A stretch of 64,000 nucleotides of DNA from a virus. Taxonomy: Duplodnaviria; Caudoviricetes. Below the pieces are notes generated by a model that ran no database searches, was not told where the DNA came from, and saw only the letters and a program-made list of their open reading frames with translations. The DNA lies in IMG/VR virus record IMGVR_UViG_3300028048_003204, positions 3,454-67,453 of that record; one strand, written 5' to 3'. Shown piece after piece: positions 47,097 through 56,953 of the stretch; positions within the stretch are counted from its first letter, which is position 1; every line of letters starts with the position of its first letter. The position numbers and the translations under genes are program-made.

Positions 47097-49567
47097 TAAT
47101 CTCCAACTCTTAGTAAACTTAAATTAGTTAAAAACCCGCTACCCGCCAACATATCTTGCTGACCTGTAACTGCATATAATCCACTCGAAATGTGTTTTTG
47201 TCCATAGAACACCACATTTACTTGTACATAATCCATTAATGAAACAGGCTTTAATAAGCCCCTCATTGTTAGTTGAGCAGATATTGGATATGCAGTCATC
47301 TGAGTCCACCAATTTTTCTGAATTTCATTTAATATATTTGATGAACCTATAAGATTTGGTGAATATTGTAAAGTACTTTGACCTGCATTATTTATACCAT
47401 ATAAATATTCACTAGAAACAGACTCCGTTTTATAAAGCATAGACCACGCTTCATTATTATTTATTTTGAAATCATAAATATCATTCCCATCAGGAAATCC
47501 AACTGTTATTTCAAATAAATTATTAGTAGGTGCTGATGCTTTATTAGCTTTACTTAATTCATTTATTTTAAAATAAGCACCATTAGTATTATCTTCATAT
47601 GTAATAAAATAAGAAGAATTTCTTATTACATCATCGACACTATTAGTAATATTACTCATACAACCAACTAAATAATTTATATAGGATAATACATTCTTAT
47701 TATCTTTTGCAGCTATATTTAATACTGTATCATTAGTTGGTAACCAATTTTTACTATTAACTTCTGTAAGATTTCTCATACCAGGAAAAGCAGATAGTAA
47801 CAATTCTGATGTTTCAGTATTATTATATAATAAATCTCTAATTACATTTGATGGTTTATCTACAGTTGCTTTAAAATCAAATGTAGCACTAGTTACATAA
47901 TTGCAAGCAGAAGTAGCATATATAGTATATGTAATTCTTGAACCCGCATAATCTCTATTATTTACTACATTTGTAATAATTGCTTCTGAATCTTTAAATA
48001 AAGCACCACTTTCACAATCTCCATACCTAATTGAAATTTTATTGTATCTTATAGTTGATAATAATTTATCAATTAAGTTTGGATCTTCACCTGGTCTTAT
48101 TTGATATACTAAACCAATAGTGTATTGGTTTATTTCTCCATTAATTTTTTTAACATCTAACCTAGATATATAATTAGGATAATCATCTGTAGAAGCTTTA
48201 TAACTACCAATTACATATTCACCTAATGTTATTTCAACAAAAGGTGCTTGTACTAAAGCATCTGATAAACTAAATGAAGCTTTAGTTGTAATTAATTTTT
48301 CTTTTTCTGTTCTCTCTGGACCGCTTCCCACAATAGCTTCAGGGAAAGCTGCTGTACTATTAATTGGAGTAAATGCCGTTTTTGATATATAATTTTTTAG
48401 ATTAGTTGTTAATTCGTTAGACCTTTGTGCAAGGCCAATACTATATTCTGATTCTCTAAGATTTATATATCTATAATTATCAGATGAATATAATCTATTT
48501 ATTCTCTGCTGCATATTGACTGATGAAACCATTTCAAGAGTTTCATCAGCACCTGACATTTTTACGTCCCATTCGTGAGCGTATTTAATTCTAGCAGCCA
48601 TATTAGGCGTACCAGCACGCTCAAATTTTTCTTCAAACCCCTTTGTCATTTTATCAAGGGATAAAGAATCATTTTTTAAAACATTATTTGCAGCTTTTTC
48701 AGAATGTTCTAATTCATAAACTAAATATGCAACTTGTCCATCTACACTTTTCCAAGAGCCACTAGCCGAATGTGCAGCTGCGTATGTTTGCATAGCAGTT
48801 TTTCTGCCAAATGTCCATTGGCATAAGCCTTCAGAACCATTACCATCATAAGAACCACCAGTATAAACTCTTATACCAGACTCTTGTTGCATATTACCTA
48901 ATACTGCACAACATGCTTTATGCGAATATCCATATTTTTGTAATTCAAAATATACTTTAGCGCCTGTGCCATATTTAGAAATATACCATTCTTTAGATTT
49001 GGTAGTTGTATCAGCTGTACCGCCAGCTAGTATACCTGAAGGATTACCAAAATCTACAGGATTATAAATAAATCCATTAAAGTATGAATTTAAGTATCCA
49101 AGCTTCCAAGCGCTGGTTCCTCTTTTACCATTACCTGGATATAAAGTTTGATTCTTTAATGGACCTGAAGACCAACCTGATTGAGATATTTCTATACTTT
49201 GAATCTTACCTTTAGCCACATTTACCTTTTCTACAAAAGCTACGTGACCAGGGGCACCTTCAGAAGCACCATTATATCCCCAACAAGCAATGGCACCTGG
49301 CTTTGGAACTAATCCGCCAGATAACCCTCCATTAGTCATTATTCTATAGAAGGAACAAGCATTTCCCCTGCCATATTTCCATTTTAAGCTACGGCCAGCT
49401 ACAGCCATTACTTCAAGAAAGCGGCCCCAAACCCACCAAGTACAGTTACCACCTGTACTTGGATTAATTTCAAATGGATTTAATGAGCCTTGCGCTACAT
49501 AATAGGTTAAATTCTTAACTTGACTATATTTAGTTGGACCTTCTCTTTTAGAAAATGTGTAAGCCAT
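47096..49567 (-). CDS. Baseplate hub paralogue C: CHAP + phage-tail-lysozyme + hub domain
   Basis: GNCTWW/GHVAFVE; AVLGNMQQESG, GLCQWT, FERAG; shared C-terminal module. Confidence 0.8.
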   Translation of the reverse strand: MAYTFSKREGPTKYSQVKNLTYYVAQGSLNPFEINPSTGGNCTWWVWGRFLEVMAVAGRSLKWKYGRGNACSFYRIMTNGGLSGGLVPKPGAIACWGYNGASEGAPGHVAFVEKVNVAKGKIQSIEISQSGWSSGPLKNQTLYPGNGKRGTSAWKLGYLNSYFNGFIYNPVDFGNPSGILAGGTADTTTKSKEWYISKYGTGAKVYFELQKYGYSHKACCAVLGNMQQESGIRVYTGGSYDGNGSEGLCQWTFGRKTAMQTYAAAHSASGSWKSVDGQVAYLVYELEHSEKAANNVLKNDSLSLDKMTKGFEEKFERAGTPNMAARIKYAHEWDVKMSGADETLEMVSSVNMQQRINRLYSSDNYRYINLRESEYSIGLAQRSNELTTNLKNYISKTAFTPINSTAAFPEAIVGSGPERTEKEKLITTKASFSLSDALVQAPFVEITLGEYVIGSYKASTDDYPNYISRLDVKKINGEINQYTIGLVYQIRPGEDPNLIDKLLSTIRYNKISIRYGDCESGALFKDSEAIITNVVNNRDYAGSRITYTIYATSACNYVTSATFDFKATVDKPSNVIRDLLYNNTETSELLLSAFPGMRNLTEVNSKNWLPTNDTVLNIAAKDNKNVLSYINYLVGCMSNITNSVDDVIRNSSYFITYEDNTNGAYFKINELSKANKASAPTNNLFEITVGFPDGNDIYDFKINNNEAWSMLYKTESVSSEYLYGINNAGQSTLQYSPNLIGSSNILNEIQKNWWTQMTAYPISAQLTMRGLLKPVSLMDYVQVNVVFYGQKHISSGLYAVTGQQDMLAGSGFLTNLSLLRVGD

Positions 49568-50106
49568 TACTTGTGTGAATTATAATGAATTTTTGTGTCT
49601 GGATATATACCAAATAGCGCTAATGATTCTGTATCAGCACTACTATCTTGTGCCCAAGGTACATAAATATCTGATAATCTTGGGCAATATCCAAATACAT
49701 TACTACCCATACCTGTTAATTCAGACCTAAAATAAACTTTTTCTAAATGCATACAGTTATAAAAAGCTTTATTACCTATATACTCTAAAGAACTTGGAAA
49801 AGAAACTTCCTTAAGAGAATTACATTTCAAAAAAGCGCTAAAGCCTATATCTGTTGTACCTGGTTTTATTTCTAATCTTTCTCCAATATCAGGTATTTCA
49901 TAAAAACAAGCCTGAGGAATTGTTTTACTAAAATATTTTAATGGGTTTATACCCTTACTTAAGAAAAATTTAGTAAATTCCGGCATATATACATTACCAA
50001 ACTCATCAAGAATATCAGTATAAACTGCATTTAAATCATTTCTTTGCAGTTCAGCTTTATGCCTTATTAAAAAGTTCCTCATATCATCATCTAGTTCATA
50101 ACTCAT
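49567..50106 (-). CDS. BspA-type leucine-rich repeat (LRR_5) protein
   Basis: IGFSAFLKCNSLKEVSFPSSLEYIGNKAFYNCMHLEKV...MGSNVFGYCPRL. Confidence 0.85.
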   Translation of the reverse strand: MSYELDDDMRNFLIRHKAELQRNDLNAVYTDILDEFGNVYMPEFTKFFLSKGINPLKYFSKTIPQACFYEIPDIGERLEIKPGTTDIGFSAFLKCNSLKEVSFPSSLEYIGNKAFYNCMHLEKVYFRSELTGMGSNVFGYCPRLSDIYVPWAQDSSADTESLALFGIYPDTKIHYNSHK

Positions 50107-50432
50107 TTTTCAAATTCCAATCCAGCATTTAGTGATGGTAAATATAATACTGTACCTACTTTTGGAGAAGTAAACGGATCAATGATTCTATTATAGTCGC
50201 ATATCACCCAATAATAAGTAGGATTATTATAAAATTCTAATGCAATAGTATCATAGGTGTCTTTTTCTTTAACTATATATGTTTGAATTTTAGATGTATC
50301 TACAAATTCTTTTAACCAATGTCTTGTTTCAAGTTGATATTTATCATCTAGATTATTATAATAATAGGATAAGCCATTATATCTTGAATAATATTTACTT
50401 GATTTAATTGCTCTATTTGTTAATACATTCAT
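50103..50432 (-). CDS. LysM-containing gp53-like baseplate protein
   Basis: YIVKEKDTYDTIALEFYNNPTYYWVICDYN.IIDP. Confidence 0.8.
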   Translation of the reverse strand: MNVLTNRAIKSSKYYSRYNGLSYYYNNLDDKYQLETRHWLKEFVDTSKIQTYIVKEKDTYDTIALEFYNNPTYYWVICDYNRIIDPFTSPKVGTVLYLPSLNAGLEFEK

Positions 50433-51115
50433 ACATACATACCTCTCATAACACTGCCACCACCAGAGCTACTAGAAACTTGTGAGTAGCTTGTTGATGA
50501 AGATGTGTTACTACTATTGCTTGGAGTAGCTGTGAATCCCGCAGTAGCTCTGTATTTACCACCAACGTCAGGTAAAATACTAGCACTATATGGTGTAATT
50601 TCGCTCACACCAAATGATATAGAAACAACAGCATATTTATATATTGCTTTATCAGCTGTACCATAATTTATTATTGGTAAGCTATAAGTAACACCAACGC
50701 TACCGGTAACTACACCCTTTATATAAATTTCATCTCTTATTTTTAATGAAACAACAGGTGGATTCACTATTTTACTAGCAGAATCATAATCAGGTAACAC
50801 TAAAGCATCTAAATTTGTTACTAATGCATCTACCATATCAGGTACACCTGGGTTATACTCTCTACATAAATCTCTATGTAGTGTAAAACTTACCTGCACA
50901 CTTCTTGGTCCAGAATGCTGGTATGAATAGATAGGGGCGCTCCTACTTAAAGGGGTATTTTCAGCAAACGAAGCCCCCATACTATCAGAAATAGCATCTG
51001 GATCAACAGGTATTATGAGCTTGTGAGCAGGGTGGTCTGCTGGTAAATGATGTAAAACTATATAATTTTCGGTCGGTATTCTTAAATTTGATTTTCTTTT
51101 TACACTTATAGCCAT
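50429..51115 (-). CDS. Tail tube initiator (gp48/gp54, CIS-tube-like)
   Basis: YSYQHSGPRSVQVSFTL; PPVVSLKI..KGVV..VGVTY. Confidence 0.7.
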   Translation of the reverse strand: MAISVKRKSNLRIPTENYIVLHHLPADHPAHKLIIPVDPDAISDSMGASFAENTPLSRSAPIYSYQHSGPRSVQVSFTLHRDLCREYNPGVPDMVDALVTNLDALVLPDYDSASKIVNPPVVSLKIRDEIYIKGVVTGSVGVTYSLPIINYGTADKAIYKYAVVSISFGVSEITPYSASILPDVGGKYRATAGFTATPSNSSNTSSSTSYSQVSSSSGGGSVMRGMYV

Positions 51116-51118
51116 TTA

Positions 51119-53464
51119 TTAATTCCCATACGGATAATCATTTATAAACGAATCACTGTTTCTAGTAGTATTAATGACTTGTTCAAGATTCTTAGTTACA
51201 TAACCTAAATTATCAGTAACTACAATATTATTGTAATTTCTACCAACATCACTTACTAATTTTCTATATTGTGGATACCAATAATTAGCAAAATGATTAG
51301 CACCAAATGTATTATCTAATACTTTACTCATAGCTAATAGCAACCTATCCATATTATTGTTTATACTATCAAGATTGTTAATTGCATTCCACAATAAGAA
51401 TTCTATTAATGTGTCTGAAAAAGGTACTTGTGTTGAATATGGCATTTCCATAAGTTTTAAACTTGATGTATATAAATAATCCACAAGTGTTGCTGGTAGC
51501 ATTTCAACTTCAGAATCATCTAATATCTTTTCAGATTGAGTGTTAGTATAATTACCCTCTAATATTACTATACTAGCATCATATGATTTCGGTACTTGTA
51601 TTAAAAGATATAAATTATCTTCTAAGTAATCATATAAAGCACAATTTTCTTCAGTTATATCATATACATATTGTTTAGCTATTTCTTGATCATAACTTGA
51701 ATAATATACTGTACCCTCTACCATATATGTATCAGAAGTAGGAACTAAGCTACCAGATTCATCTTTAACTCTCCAAGGGAAAGTTTCTCTTCTAGGTCTT
51801 ATAGCATATGTAGAATTCATATCAAATACAGCAGTACCTGTTAATTGCACAAATTCTCCATTTGTTAATATATAGTATGTTTCAGGCTTTTGTCTAAACC
51901 CAGTTGCTAAATAGAAATCAGTAGTATTCATAATGAAATAATATTCAGCAACAGTTACATATTCTTCATTCATATACACATAGTATTGTGTAGTGCTTGA
52001 ATATGTATCACCAGCAGAACATTGTATATATTGACCATCTGCATTATGAATATAGTAGAAAGTTTTATTTCTATTAAATGTTTCTTCGCCTAATTCATAG
52101 TTCCAAACTTCAAATACACCATTAGTTCTTGTATAGTATACTTCTGAAGTACTATATGTGTGATATTTAGAACATCTATCCCATAAACAAACGGTTTGGA
52201 AATCCGGTGTGTCATACAATCTAGTTGCATCAGTAACTAATTCTATAGTTTTATTATCATCATCATAAGAAGCAGATAATTCATCTTCGTCCATATATAA
52301 TGTATCGTCTATTTCCCAAGTTTCAATATCTGTATATATGGTTTTGCCTTCTCTCCAGAAATATCTTTTATTCATATTAAATGTAGAATCTATTCTACCA
52401 GTCGCAGGTTCAACACCTATATATAACTGTGTACCTTCAGCTGTTTCTGGAGTTAAATTTGTTACTAAATATGTATGACCTGTAGCACTTGTTTTTAATG
52501 TATAATAGTGTTTATCATTATCAAACTCACTATCTGCAGTACATCTCACTATTACGCCATTATCAGAATAATAGTAGTTAGTTTTGTTTGCAATAAATTC
52601 TTCATATGTAAGATCTTGTGCAATATCATAAATACCATCATTCCTAATATAGTAAAATACTCTTGGCAAAGCATTTTCATATAGTTCTACATAATAATTA
52701 TCATTATGTAAATAATCAAGCACAGCTACAGATTTTTCAAAATATGTAACTTTTCTAGTTTCAGGTATGTTGTTATACCTAATAACAATAGGGGCTTTAA
52801 ACCTCATATTAGATTTATTTTGTATAACATCAGTTCTATGTAGTTTAATATACTTATTAGTAGCATCTACACCATTTCCAAAGCGTGTATTATTCAATAA
52901 TATTAAATTATTATTTTTAATAAATGCAGGGGCAAATGTAGTAACTTCTAAATTATCCATACATATAGTATAATCTGTATTAAACCTAATAGGAACTTTA
53001 TATACTTTTGTATTATAATCTGCAGAAGTTCTTTCTATACCTGAATTTGATATATGATGTACTTGTAATATCTTATTACTAAAACAATTATATAATGGCA
53101 TAAGATTTAAGTCATACATATCTCTAAGACTTCTAAGATATTTACCTAATCTTTCGTGAGTTAAAGAATCATATCCCTCAGAATTAGAAATATAGTTAGT
53201 GCATAACTTATCATTCTTATCACCAAAATAATATTCAGTTATAACCCTGTAAGTAGCCCTATCACCATCAAATTTTACATTTTTAAATCCAGTAACAATA
53301 TAGCCACTTTTAGTACATTTTATAATTTCACACTTATAAACATATAATCTATCTTCAATTATATAATCAAAATCTCTTACTGTTCTTATTAATGGTAAAT
53401 ATGTACTAATTAAAAGATTTTTTATAAAGTTTGATGTTGTAGTAACTTTGTTAAATTCTTGCAT
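51119..53464 (-). CDS. Virion protein with central Tyr-rich repeats (start likely ATG 53464; ORF track uses TTG 53476)
   Basis: About 780 aa between tape measure and tube initiator; repeated T.D....(K/T)YY units. Confidence 0.7.
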   Translation of the reverse strand: MQEFNKVTTTSNFIKNLLISTYLPLIRTVRDFDYIIEDRLYVYKCEIIKCTKSGYIVTGFKNVKFDGDRATYRVITEYYFGDKNDKLCTNYISNSEGYDSLTHERLGKYLRSLRDMYDLNLMPLYNCFSNKILQVHHISNSGIERTSADYNTKVYKVPIRFNTDYTICMDNLEVTTFAPAFIKNNNLILLNNTRFGNGVDATNKYIKLHRTDVIQNKSNMRFKAPIVIRYNNIPETRKVTYFEKSVAVLDYLHNDNYYVELYENALPRVFYYIRNDGIYDIAQDLTYEEFIANKTNYYYSDNGVIVRCTADSEFDNDKHYYTLKTSATGHTYLVTNLTPETAEGTQLYIGVEPATGRIDSTFNMNKRYFWREGKTIYTDIETWEIDDTLYMDEDELSASYDDDNKTIELVTDATRLYDTPDFQTVCLWDRCSKYHTYSTSEVYYTRTNGVFEVWNYELGEETFNRNKTFYYIHNADGQYIQCSAGDTYSSTTQYYVYMNEEYVTVAEYYFIMNTTDFYLATGFRQKPETYYILTNGEFVQLTGTAVFDMNSTYAIRPRRETFPWRVKDESGSLVPTSDTYMVEGTVYYSSYDQEIAKQYVYDITEENCALYDYLEDNLYLLIQVPKSYDASIVILEGNYTNTQSEKILDDSEVEMLPATLVDYLYTSSLKLMEMPYSTQVPFSDTLIEFLLWNAINNLDSINNNMDRLLLAMSKVLDNTFGANHFANYWYPQYRKLVSDVGRNYNNIVVTDNLGYVTKNLEQVINTTRNSDSFINDYPYGN

Positions 53465-53483
53465 TATTTTATCCAATAATTAA

Positions 53484-55811
53484 TTATGCATTAACTTTAT
53501 CAGCAGTTGTAGAATTAGAAGTTGTATCGTCAAAGTAATTGAATAAAGCATCATTGAGTACTGTATTATCACCTGTAAAGGTAGCCATCATAGCATCTTC
53601 ATCAGCAAATATACTTGCGAAGGATCTGAGTACAGCATTATTCATACCTTCAACAGAAACAGCAAATGCATAACCATCGCCATTCTCTAATTTCATTAAT
53701 GTCTTAGATAATTCTTTTAATACACCTAATGTTTCATCTTCAGCATCAGCTTCCCAATCAGATGCAGATGCATAAGAAGTTTGAATAGCATTAGTTAAAC
53801 TTGTTTGTTTAAATGTTTTAAAATTAGAAGTAGAACTATCAGCAGTAGTAACTACAGAAGTTGATTCTGATGAGCCTAATAAATTTATCAAATTATTCTC
53901 ACCAAGACCTGATTGTGCTTCTGTAAGCATCTTTATAAAACTAGCACCACCAATAGCGTATTGCGTTGCAGCTGGACCCAGTTTAGCCAAATTCAGTGCT
54001 TTACCTAAAATACCGCCAACTTTACTAAAACCATCAAGTAAATCATATGATATATCAGCTATTCTATATGTGGTGTATAAAGCATTATTTTCAGCAACAT
54101 TAGAACCAAATGCATAACTAAAGTTAGCAAAGAAATTTTCAAATTGCTCTGAAGCTAATGTATTTGCAGCCACCATGTCTGTTACTGCATTTGCAGTAAT
54201 TGTAGAAGCTTGATTTGCATTTACAATAGAACTAGATATAGAACCTAGCTTGCTATATACATTTTGAATAGCTTCCATATCAGATACACTCATATTGAAT
54301 AAGCTTGAATATGATGATTTTAATACTAAATTATCGCTTGTGTTTGTAGCAATTTCATTTAAGTATTCTATAATGGAAGTTAATAAGTTAGCAGTATCGG
54401 TAGAACTTAAGCCTTGTTGTAGTATATCGGCATAATCCATACCTATTCTATCCATAGATAATAAGAATAATCTTTGTATGCTTTCATCACCAGCTAAAGC
54501 CGATACATTACCAGAACCTAATGCATTTATACCACTTGCTATGGCACTTACAATATTATCACTTAATCCAGATGCATACATAGCACCAATATAAGATTGG
54601 ATTGTTGAATTAAAGTTTGTAATATCTGAAGCTGTGGAAATACTTGCATCTAATACTGCATCGGTAACACTATCAAATAATCCTGTAAGATAACTTGCGT
54701 CTCCAAATACTGGAGAATTTAATAGTCTTCTTAATTGTAATTCTACACCAAATTGATTTACAGAATTTTGTTCACCTAATCTTACTAATCTAGTTAAACC
54801 AGCATTTGCTACATCAAATGATGTTAATGTTCTATCCTTAATAGTTTGTAATAATGCTCTTTGCTCTATATCGGTAACCAAGCCTTGATTGGTTAAGTCT
54901 GCAATTTGATTTAAATAATCAGTCTGTTTTACTAACCTACTAAATCCTATTGCATTTTCTACATCATCTTGAATAGAATAATAATCTATTCCAGCACCAT
55001 ATAAATTAGCTTGTATTTTACCGAAGTAATTCTCCATAGCACTGGCAGCTTGGTTTATTGACTTAGTCATATCTTTTCTAAGTTCACCAAGGCCAGCTTG
55101 GATAAGTTTCACAGTTGAAGAAACAATTTCTATAACTTTTCTTATAACTGATATTTCTGGTACCGCTACATCTAGTATTGTATTTAAGCCAGCTAAAGCA
55201 TCATTTTCAGAAAAAGAATTTTCAGGATTCATTCCCAAAGTATTTAAGAAATTATCATATTCTTCAGAATTTTCACCCCTTAGCTTATGTTTTAAATTTT
55301 TTTGTGCTCTTTCCTCATTATCCAATTCAGCTAATTCTGATTGTCTGTCTAAAAATGGCATTGAGGTGTTTGCCTTAATTCTTTGCCTTTTTATAGCTAT
55401 TCTTTCAAGCTTTTTATCTATATCATCTTCAGCTGCTCGTCTTTTTTCTGCTAATTCTAATAATTCTTTTTCATCGGCTATAGATATACCATACTTTTCT
55501 TCAAGTTGCCGTGTTATTTCAGCTATTTTATTAGACTCATTATCATAATCTTCTTGTAATTTTTTATAGTATGCATCTAAGTCCTGATGTCTAGCACCTG
55601 CATTTTTATCTCGAATCTTCTCAACTCTCTTCATTTTTTCGGCTAAGTTATCGAGTTCCTTTTGTGCTTTTAATACACCATTTACAGAAAAATCTATATC
55701 TATTGTATTACTATTTGATAAATACTCATCAAATAGTTTTTTACCTACTCTTGCATTTCCTATTATACCATTAGGGCTTTTTGCATTGAACTTTGTGTCC
55801 GTATTAGCCAT
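53484..55811 (-). CDS. Tape measure protein
   Basis: 775 aa, helical, Ala/Gly/Ser-rich; downstream of the chaperone pair. Confidence 0.7.
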   Translation of the reverse strand: MANTDTKFNAKSPNGIIGNARVGKKLFDEYLSNSNTIDIDFSVNGVLKAQKELDNLAEKMKRVEKIRDKNAGARHQDLDAYYKKLQEDYDNESNKIAEITRQLEEKYGISIADEKELLELAEKRRAAEDDIDKKLERIAIKRQRIKANTSMPFLDRQSELAELDNEERAQKNLKHKLRGENSEEYDNFLNTLGMNPENSFSENDALAGLNTILDVAVPEISVIRKVIEIVSSTVKLIQAGLGELRKDMTKSINQAASAMENYFGKIQANLYGAGIDYYSIQDDVENAIGFSRLVKQTDYLNQIADLTNQGLVTDIEQRALLQTIKDRTLTSFDVANAGLTRLVRLGEQNSVNQFGVELQLRRLLNSPVFGDASYLTGLFDSVTDAVLDASISTASDITNFNSTIQSYIGAMYASGLSDNIVSAIASGINALGSGNVSALAGDESIQRLFLLSMDRIGMDYADILQQGLSSTDTANLLTSIIEYLNEIATNTSDNLVLKSSYSSLFNMSVSDMEAIQNVYSKLGSISSSIVNANQASTITANAVTDMVAANTLASEQFENFFANFSYAFGSNVAENNALYTTYRIADISYDLLDGFSKVGGILGKALNLAKLGPAATQYAIGGASFIKMLTEAQSGLGENNLINLLGSSESTSVVTTADSSTSNFKTFKQTSLTNAIQTSYASASDWEADAEDETLGVLKELSKTLMKLENGDGYAFAVSVEGMNNAVLRSFASIFADEDAMMATFTGDNTVLNDALFNYFDDTTSNSTTADKVNA

Positions 55812-55984
55812 TAATTGTTGCCTTTATTTTTAGCAGCATCCATAATTCGTTTTTGCTCTTCCAAATCTTTTAATATAAGTTTTAATAAAGCTTTTCTTTC
55901 AACAGAAGTTATATCATCTAATTCTGTAAAAGAAGTATTTATTCTTTTAGAAATTTGATATTTCTCCTGAATGATATTATTCAT
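55811..55984 (-). CDS. gp51-like / GT-like C-terminal chaperone segment (possibly expressed by frameshift from the upstream gene)
   Basis: QEKYQISK...SFTELDDITSVERKALLKLI; no SD before ATG 55984; frame open back to 56095. Confidence 0.55.
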   Translation of the reverse strand: MNNIIQEKYQISKRINTSFTELDDITSVERKALLKLILKDLEEQKRIMDAAKNKGNN

Positions 55985-56006
55985 AGTGACTGATTTAAAT
56001 TCAGGA

Positions 56007-56762
56007 TCATTCACTACCAGGTCTAAAAAATGTTTGGTTGATGCGAAAGGGTACTTGATATGTAGTTTTACATATCTTACACTCTCCTTCAACACTTAAA
56101 TCTATACCAATTTTGTTGTTTATCAAGTCTATTCTGTTTATAATAGCATTAGTATCAGCTAATGGTAAATTTTTAACCCACTCTTCTAATGTAAATGCAT
56201 TAGGTTTTTCATCATCTAATTCTTCGATTGATGCTATTATGTTATAAAGAATTACTGGATTTTCCTCTGTATCTTTATGTCTACGCCTATATTCTTTTAC
56301 TTTAGTGGATATTCTATCCAACATTCTTGGAGTTTGTAAAGTAAGTCTTACTTTGTTACCCGATTTTGGTAATTCAAGCTCTAATAAATCAACTAATGAA
56401 TCATCATATTCTTTTACTTCTAATTCATCTAAATGTAATTTTGTAATTTGTTCAAACCCACAGTATGGGCATCTTCCTCTAAGTTCATACTCATTACCAA
56501 AAGTTACAACTCTTAACATAAACATAAGATACTGGAAATCACCAAGGCATAAATCATATGCAGAAATACCCAAATCAGACTCTATACAATCATCTATAAT
56601 TTGTGCCATTATTTTTTGGCTATCTTCTGTTGTTGACAGTCTTAACATTTCGTGCCTTGTAGTCATACTACTTAACACTACTTCTGGATTAACTTCCTCT
56701 TCATATATTAAACCTTTTGAGGGTAATGTAAATACCTCAGCAATTCTTGTATTACTTGACAT
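56007..56762 (-). CDS. gp26-like baseplate hub / tail assembly chaperone
   Basis: FTLPSKG, DLCLGDFQYL..LRVVTFG..Y...CPYCG, CKIC. Confidence 0.75.
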   Translation of the reverse strand: MSSNTRIAEVFTLPSKGLIYEEEVNPEVVLSSMTTRHEMLRLSTTEDSQKIMAQIIDDCIESDLGISAYDLCLGDFQYLMFMLRVVTFGNEYELRGRCPYCGFEQITKLHLDELEVKEYDDSLVDLLELELPKSGNKVRLTLQTPRMLDRISTKVKEYRRRHKDTEENPVILYNIIASIEELDDEKPNAFTLEEWVKNLPLADTNAIINRIDLINNKIGIDLSVEGECKICKTTYQVPFRINQTFFRPGSE

Positions 56763-56795
56763 TTTTTCTCCTTTGTTAGTTATGTTAAAAAAATA

Positions 56796-56829
56796 AAGTC
56801 AACATAAGATAAAGACCCTATGTTGACTT
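56796..56829 (-). terminator. Intrinsic terminator just upstream of the chaperone gene
   Basis: AAGTCAACATA...TATGTTGACTT followed by TATTTTTTT. Confidence 0.75.
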
Positions 56830-56953
56830 ATAATTCTAATTTCAACGGAATCTTACATATTTGTATTACAATTAATAGTTAGTTTTCTTTAATAAATTCA
56901 ATAATTAGTTATCTTTTGAGATTCCATATATAATAATTTAGCATTATTTTATG

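Noticed and set aside
39530-49567. Diversity-generating retroelement acting on the adhesin or hub genes
   Set aside because: No reverse transcriptase and no near-identical TR/VR nucleotide pair seen; hub paralogues are diverged throughout.
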